From an uncultured Bifidobacteriaceae bacterium (lineage in GTDB: Bacteria; Actinomycetota; Actinomycetes; S36-B12; CAIYMF01), in assembly GCA_964638055.1 (NCBI GenBank), contig CAZWXF010000001.1, forward strand, positions 63,115-127,114: 64,000 nt of DNA, given 5' to 3'. Made by a program: the position numbers and the translations under genes. The notes beneath the pieces were generated by a model. The model searched no databases. It worked only from the letters and a program-made list of their open reading frames with translations, and was not told where the DNA came from. Shown here one piece after another: positions 60,201 to 64,000 of this stretch. Positions within the stretch are counted from its first letter, which is position 1; each line of letters begins with the position of its first letter.

Positions 60201-61037
60201 TCAGGTCGTAGGGACGCGCGGGGTGAACGACCAGATCTCGTCCTGGCCGTCCTGGATCACGCCCCACGACGACTCCGGCACCTCGTTCCAGGCGCCTGCC
60301 AGCTCCCCGAAGGGCTCGGAGACGACCAGTCGGGTCTCCTCGGACACCTCGTAGAGCTGAGGGTTGTTGGGGTACTGGTGGCGCAGCGTCATGACGTCGG
60401 TGCTGAAGAACAGGGTCCGCGAGCTGCCTTCGCTGGAGTATCGGAAGCTCCAGACCCGGACCCCGTCGGTGGTCGCCACGGTCATCTGGATCGGGTGCTC
60501 GACACCATGCTTGTGGCCAACGTGCTCGATGAGTCCAACCGCCTCCTCGACCGCACGAACCGGGTCGTCGCGCAGCCCGAACGTCAACGCGAGGTGGAAG
60601 AACAGCTCGGAGTCGGTCGATCCCTCCATGTTCGGGAAGTACGCCGGGTCGACGGCCAGCGAGAGGTCACGGCGGACCTTCGAGAACTCCCGGATGAGCC
60701 CGTTGTGCATCCACAGCCAGTTGGCGAACTGGAAGGGATGGCAGTTGGTCTGCTGGATCGCCCCACCCGTGGAGGCCCGGACATGTGCGAACACCAGCCC
60801 CGAGACGAGATGGCGGGAGATGCTGCGCAGGTTGCGGTCGTTCCAGGCCGGGTCCGTGCTGCGGAACACCCCCGGCTCGCGGCCGATCCCGTACCAGCCG
60901 ACCCCGAAGCCGTCCCCGTTCGTCGTCGTCGCCCCCATCCTCGAGTTGAGGCTCTGGTCGATGAGGGAGTGCTTCGGGCGCAGCAGCAGGTGGTCCATGC
61001 GGATCGGTGATCCCGAGTAGGCCAGCCAACGGCACAT
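60201..61037 (-). CDS. Class II (Ntn) glutamine amidotransferase, YafJ/EgtC-like
   Basis: I trimmed the start to the ATG at 61037, preceded by an AGGAGG RBS. The N-terminus MCRWLAYSG carries the Cys2 nucleophile, and NGDGFGVGWY and NCHPF are present. Confidence 0.85.
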   Translation of the reverse strand: MCRWLAYSGSPIRMDHLLLRPKHSLIDQSLNSRMGATTTNGDGFGVGWYGIGREPGVFRSTDPAWNDRNLRSISRHLVSGLVFAHVRASTGGAIQQTNCHPFQFANWLWMHNGLIREFSKVRRDLSLAVDPAYFPNMEGSTDSELFFHLALTFGLRDDPVRAVEEAVGLIEHVGHKHGVEHPIQMTVATTDGVRVWSFRYSSEGSSRTLFFSTDVMTLRHQYPNNPQLYEVSEETRLVVSEPFGELAGAWNEVPESSWGVIQDGQDEIWSFTPRVPTT

Positions 61038-61192
61038 CGCATCCTCCTGGTCGCCGCACCGTCGGATCCCGCGGTGCGCGGGGCGGCGCTCCGCCCGGTG
61101 TCGGCCGACCACAATCTAGGTACCTGCTGCCTGCGTAGTCGATTCGGTTCCATGGGTTGACCGGATCGACCAGGCAGCGATCTGATCGTGCC

Positions 61193-61963
61193 ATGGGAAT
61201 CGCCCCTGAACGGACAGCCCTGGTGACCGGGGCGAGCCGGGGGATTGGTCGAGCCCTGACGCAGTCCCTGGTCGCGGACGGCTGGCGCGTCGTCGCTCTC
61301 GCGCGCGATCGCGGACTCCTGGGCGAGCTGCGCGATGAACTGGGTCCGGCGATCATCCCGTACGTCGCGGATGTGACCGATCCCAAGGCCATGGCCGGTC
61401 TCGGCGACCGGCTCGCCGAGGTGGGCCCTGGCAGGCTCGACCTGGCCGTCGCCAACGCCGGGGCCTACACCGCGGTGGGCCCGACGTGGACCGCGGACCC
61501 CGAGGCATGGTGGCACGACCTCGCGGTGAACGTACGCGGGGTCCAGCTGACGCTTCGTGCCGTCCTTCCCGGGATGGTCGCCGGCGGGCACGGGCGGGTC
61601 GTCGTCCTGTCCTCGGGGATGTCGACGCATCCGACGCCCTGGTCCTCGGCGTACGGGGCCAGCAAGGCGGCGCTCAACCACCTCGTAGGCTCCGTCGCCG
61701 GTGAGCTGGCCGGAACGGGCGTAGGCATCTTCGCCATCTCCCCGGGGATGGTCGCCACGGAAATGACCCAATGGCCAGAGGAGCTGCTCGCATTCCGCCC
61801 GGACCTGCGTGATCTGGCACCTTCGGCGTTCCTGCCGACGACCAGGGCCTCGGACCTCGTGCGCGAGCTGGCCAGCGGCCGTCTGGACGCCCTGACCGGC
61901 CGGTTCATCCACGTGCGTGACGACCTGGACGCCCTCCTGGCCGCGGCCGCTGATGCCACCTGA
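61193..61963 (+). CDS. Short-chain dehydrogenase/reductase (SDR)
   Basis: ALVTGASRGIG, NAG and YGASKAAL (YxxxK) are present. The start is either ATG 61193 or 61157. Confidence 0.85.
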   Translation: MGIAPERTALVTGASRGIGRALTQSLVADGWRVVALARDRGLLGELRDELGPAIIPYVADVTDPKAMAGLGDRLAEVGPGRLDLAVANAGAYTAVGPTWTADPEAWWHDLAVNVRGVQLTLRAVLPGMVAGGHGRVVVLSSGMSTHPTPWSSAYGASKAALNHLVGSVAGELAGTGVGIFAISPGMVATEMTQWPEELLAFRPDLRDLAPSAFLPTTRASDLVRELASGRLDALTGRFIHVRDDLDALLAAAADAT

Positions 61964-62053
61964 CCGGCACCCCGACTCGCCCTGCCTGATACACGGTCCC
62001 TGCTCCCGGTACGGCTCGGCAGTCCGCAGCAGTCGACCGGGCACACGGCCCCG

Positions 62054-62416
62054 TCAGAGCTTGGGACGCCAGCGGCGTCCCGCCAGGGCCTCCTCGACGA
62101 GCGTCACCTCGCGCAGTCGCGCGGCCAGGGTGGCGCCCTCCTTGGCCAGGGCGGCCAGCGTCTCCTCGATGGCGTCCGGGGGGACGCGGCCGGCAAGGTC
62201 GCGGCGGACGCCCGAGTACGCAGTGCGCGCGGCCTGCAGGGTCGCTTCGGCATGGACATGGGCCAGGCGAGCCAGGATCGGCAGGTGTCGGCGAAGGACG
62301 AGATGGCTTCTGTAGTCCGGGGGGCAGAACTCCATGAGCCAGCCGCCCGCCTTCACCTCGAACTCGGGCAGCTCCGGATCGGGCAGCGCGCTGGGCCATC
62401 CCGGTGGCTTCGTCAC
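62054..62416 (-). CDS. Hypothetical protein (120 aa)
   Basis: The ORF has non-repetitive, mixed-charge composition ([42 protein letters not shown]). I recognise no motif. The start is uncertain because there is no clear RBS before GTG 62416. Confidence 0.5.
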   Translation of the reverse strand: MTKPPGWPSALPDPELPEFEVKAGGWLMEFCPPDYRSHLVLRRHLPILARLAHVHAEATLQAARTAYSGVRRDLAGRVPPDAIEETLAALAKEGATLAARLREVTLVEEALAGRRWRPKL

Positions 62417-62425
62417 GGGTCAACG

Positions 62426-62593
62426 CTAGGGCGTGTCTCCATATCCCGATTGCCGGCTGCGCGACGCCCGGGCACTGCACCTCGCCGCGTTGCCGTCGCT
62501 CGCCGGGCCACCAGCCCGACTCACTGCGCCGCCTTGCGATGCACAGCACCGAACGCCGCTCGCAACGTCAGTGGATATGGAGACACACCCTAG
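62426..62593. mobile_element. MITE-like element: 21-bp terminal inverted repeats around a 126-bp non-coding core
   Basis: The left arm is CTAGGGCGTGTCTCCATATCC (62426-62446). The right arm GGATATGGAGACACACCCTAG (62573-62593) is its reverse complement with one mismatch. The element is too small to encode a transposase. Confidence 0.6.
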
Positions 62594-62970
62594 ACAACGT
62601 CCACCGGCTGACCGGGCTGCGCATCGCCTCGCGTCGCAGGTCACCGGGCGGGTCCTCCCGTTGCGTGCTGTCCGGACACCCGGTTGGAGCGGGCGACCCG
62701 CCCGTGCCGACGCCGGATCAGCGCTTCGCACAGGTCGTTGATGGGGACCGCGACGCCGCCAGGGTGTCCCAGGCGTGTGGGGGAGCCATTCCGACATGGA
62801 TCAGCCCTCGTCCTTCTGGGCGGACTCCTCGGACACCTCGGGCCCCCGCACGGACAGTCGGTCGGGGTCCAGGTGTGCGGCGACTGTGGGCGCGCGGCGG
62901 CTCCGGGGATGTCCCAGGTGTTCGCGCGCCTAGACTTGCCGAAGCTGCGCATCGAGGACTGGAGGTTGGC

Positions 62971-64000
62971 GTGGGACTGCTCGATGCCATCGACTCGCCG
63001 GCGGACCTGCAGGCGATGCGCGCGTCGCAGCTGCCCGCGCTGGCCGGGGAGATCAGGGCGTTCCTCGTCGACCGTGTCAGCCGCACCGGCGGTCACCTCG
63101 GGCCGAACCTCGGGGTGGTCGAGCTGACCATCGCGCTGCACCGGGTCTTCGACTCTCCTCAGGATGTCCTGCTCTGGGACACGGGCCATCAGGCCTACGT
63201 CCATAAGATCCTCACCGGGCGCCGCGATGCCTTCGACGGACTGCGGCAGGCCGGCGGGCTGTCGGGCTACCCCTGCCGCGCCGAGAGCGTCCACGACGTG
63301 ATCGAGAACTCCCACGCCTCCACCGCGCTGGCCTACGCCGACGGGATCGCCCGCGGCTTCGAGCGAGCCGGTTCGTTGGGCAGCCGGCACGTGGTCGCCG
63401 TCGTCGGCGACGGCGCCCTGACCGGTGGCATGGCCTGGGAGGCGCTGAACAACATCGCCGACTCCGACCGCCAGGTCATCGTCGTGGTCAACGACAACTC
63501 GCGCTCCTACTCCCCGACGATCGGCGGACTCGCCCGCCACCTGGATTCGCTGCGGTCCTCAGGGGGTTACGAGCGATTCCTCGACTGGGGGCGCGGTGTC
63601 CTGGACCGGACACCCATCGTCGGCGGGCCCATCTTCGACGCCCTGCACGGCATGAAGAAGGGCGTCAAGGACATGGTCGCGCCACAGGGGATGTTCGAGG
63701 ACCTGGGCATGAAGTACCTGGGACCCGTGGACGGTCACGACATCGCCGCCACGGAAGCCGCGCTGCGGGCCGCGCGAGGCTTCCCCGGGCCCGTCCTGGT
63801 GCACGCGATCACTCAGAAGGGCCGAGGCTACGAGCACGCCGAGAACGACGAGGCGGACCGGTTCCACGGCGTGGCGGTCATGGACCCCGACACCGGGATA
63901 CCCGTCAGCGACCCGGGCGCGACGTGGACCGCTGCCTTCGCCGACGAGCTGGTCACGATCGGTGACGAGCGGCCCGACGTCGTGGCGATCACGGCTGCGA
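62971..64000 (+). CDS. dxs: 1-deoxy-D-xylulose-5-phosphate synthase (5' part; continues beyond the window)
   Basis: I translated by hand from GTG 62971, which is preceded by GGAGG at 62961. The sequence reads [13 protein letters not shown]...[18 protein letters not shown], then [17 protein letters not shown] and [16 protein letters not shown] (ThDP motif). The gene is missing from the ORF track because it has no stop in the window. Confidence 0.9.
   Translation, partial: MGLLDAIDSPADLQAMRASQLPALAGEIRAFLVDRVSRTGGHLGPNLGVVELTIALHRVFDSPQDVLLWDTGHQAYVHKILTGRRDAFDGLRQAGGLSGYPCRAESVHDVIENSHASTALAYADGIARGFERAGSLGSRHVVAVVGDGALTGGMAWEALNNIADSDRQVIVVVNDNSRSYSPTIGGLARHLDSLRSSGGYERFLDWGRGVLDRTPIVGGPIFDALHGMKKGVKDMVAPQGMFEDLGMKYLGPVDGHDIAATEAALRAARGFPGPVLVHAITQKGRGYEHAENDEADRFHGVAVMDPDTGIPVSDPGATWTAAFADELVTIGDERPDVVAITAA

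Noticed and set aside
62426-62797. ORFs of 102-123 aa (62433..62741 plus strand, 62426..62797 minus strand) covering the MITE-like element and the dxs upstream region
   Set aside because: They are Arg/Ala/Pro-rich and have no RBS. They start or end inside the inverted repeats, and they overlap each other on opposite strands.

Overview
This window is a high-GC chromosomal segment, most likely from an Actinomycetota genome, and it is almost entirely core housekeeping DNA. I called genes from motifs I could read in the supplied translations and from start/stop geometry. I ran no database searches.

**Gene content, left to right**
- A block with the same gene order I recall for Mycobacterium tuberculosis Rv2176-Rv2172c: a Hanks-type Ser/Thr kinase (partial), an MptA-like GT-C mannosyltransferase, a polyprenyl synthase and metF. 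An FAD oxidoreductase and an orphan barstar-like gene sit inside this block.
- A K+/H+ antiporter and a CrtI-like oxidoreductase.
- A DNA-damage cassette: a DUF6504-like gene, a HEPN-like gene, a DnaE2-like polymerase and DinB. It is preceded by an exact LexA box plus a RecA-NDp/PafBC-type promoter motif.
- Genes for a DUF3040 protein, an alpha/beta hydrolase and a MaoC dehydratase.
- A complete, heavily translationally coupled dcw cluster: mraZ-rsmH-ftsL-ftsI-murE-murF-mraY-murD-ftsW-murG-murC-ftsQ-ftsZ-pgeF-yggS-sepF-yggT.
- A minus-strand block of ileS plus a metallohydrolase/DUF2786 fusion gene, sitting where divIVA is normally found.
- A TraR/DksA-like gene, lspA, rluD, replicative dnaE, ybaK, a metallophosphoesterase and a LON-domain protein.
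- hisD-hisC-hisB-(small membrane ORF)-hisH, then pheS-pheT, a class II amidotransferase, an SDR, a hypothetical gene and the 5' part of dxs.

I found no rRNA, tRNA, CRISPR array, integrase or prophage.

**Most interesting observations**
1. The dually controlled (LexA box plus RecA-NDp motif) DUF6504-HEPN-DnaE2-DinB cassette, whose two small genes have no assigned role.
2. A dispersed intergenic repeat family with core GTCGAGCCCGTCGAGACC at four loci. One copy forms a MIRU-like 4 x 39-bp array that is exactly spanned by an ORF coupled to both hisC and hisB.
3. The metallohydrolase-DUF2786 fusion gene at the divIVA position.
4. A 168-bp MITE-like element upstream of dxs.
5. A clear four-repeat MraZ operator.

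Many very long ORFs in the track are antisense mirror artefacts of high GC content and were rejected.
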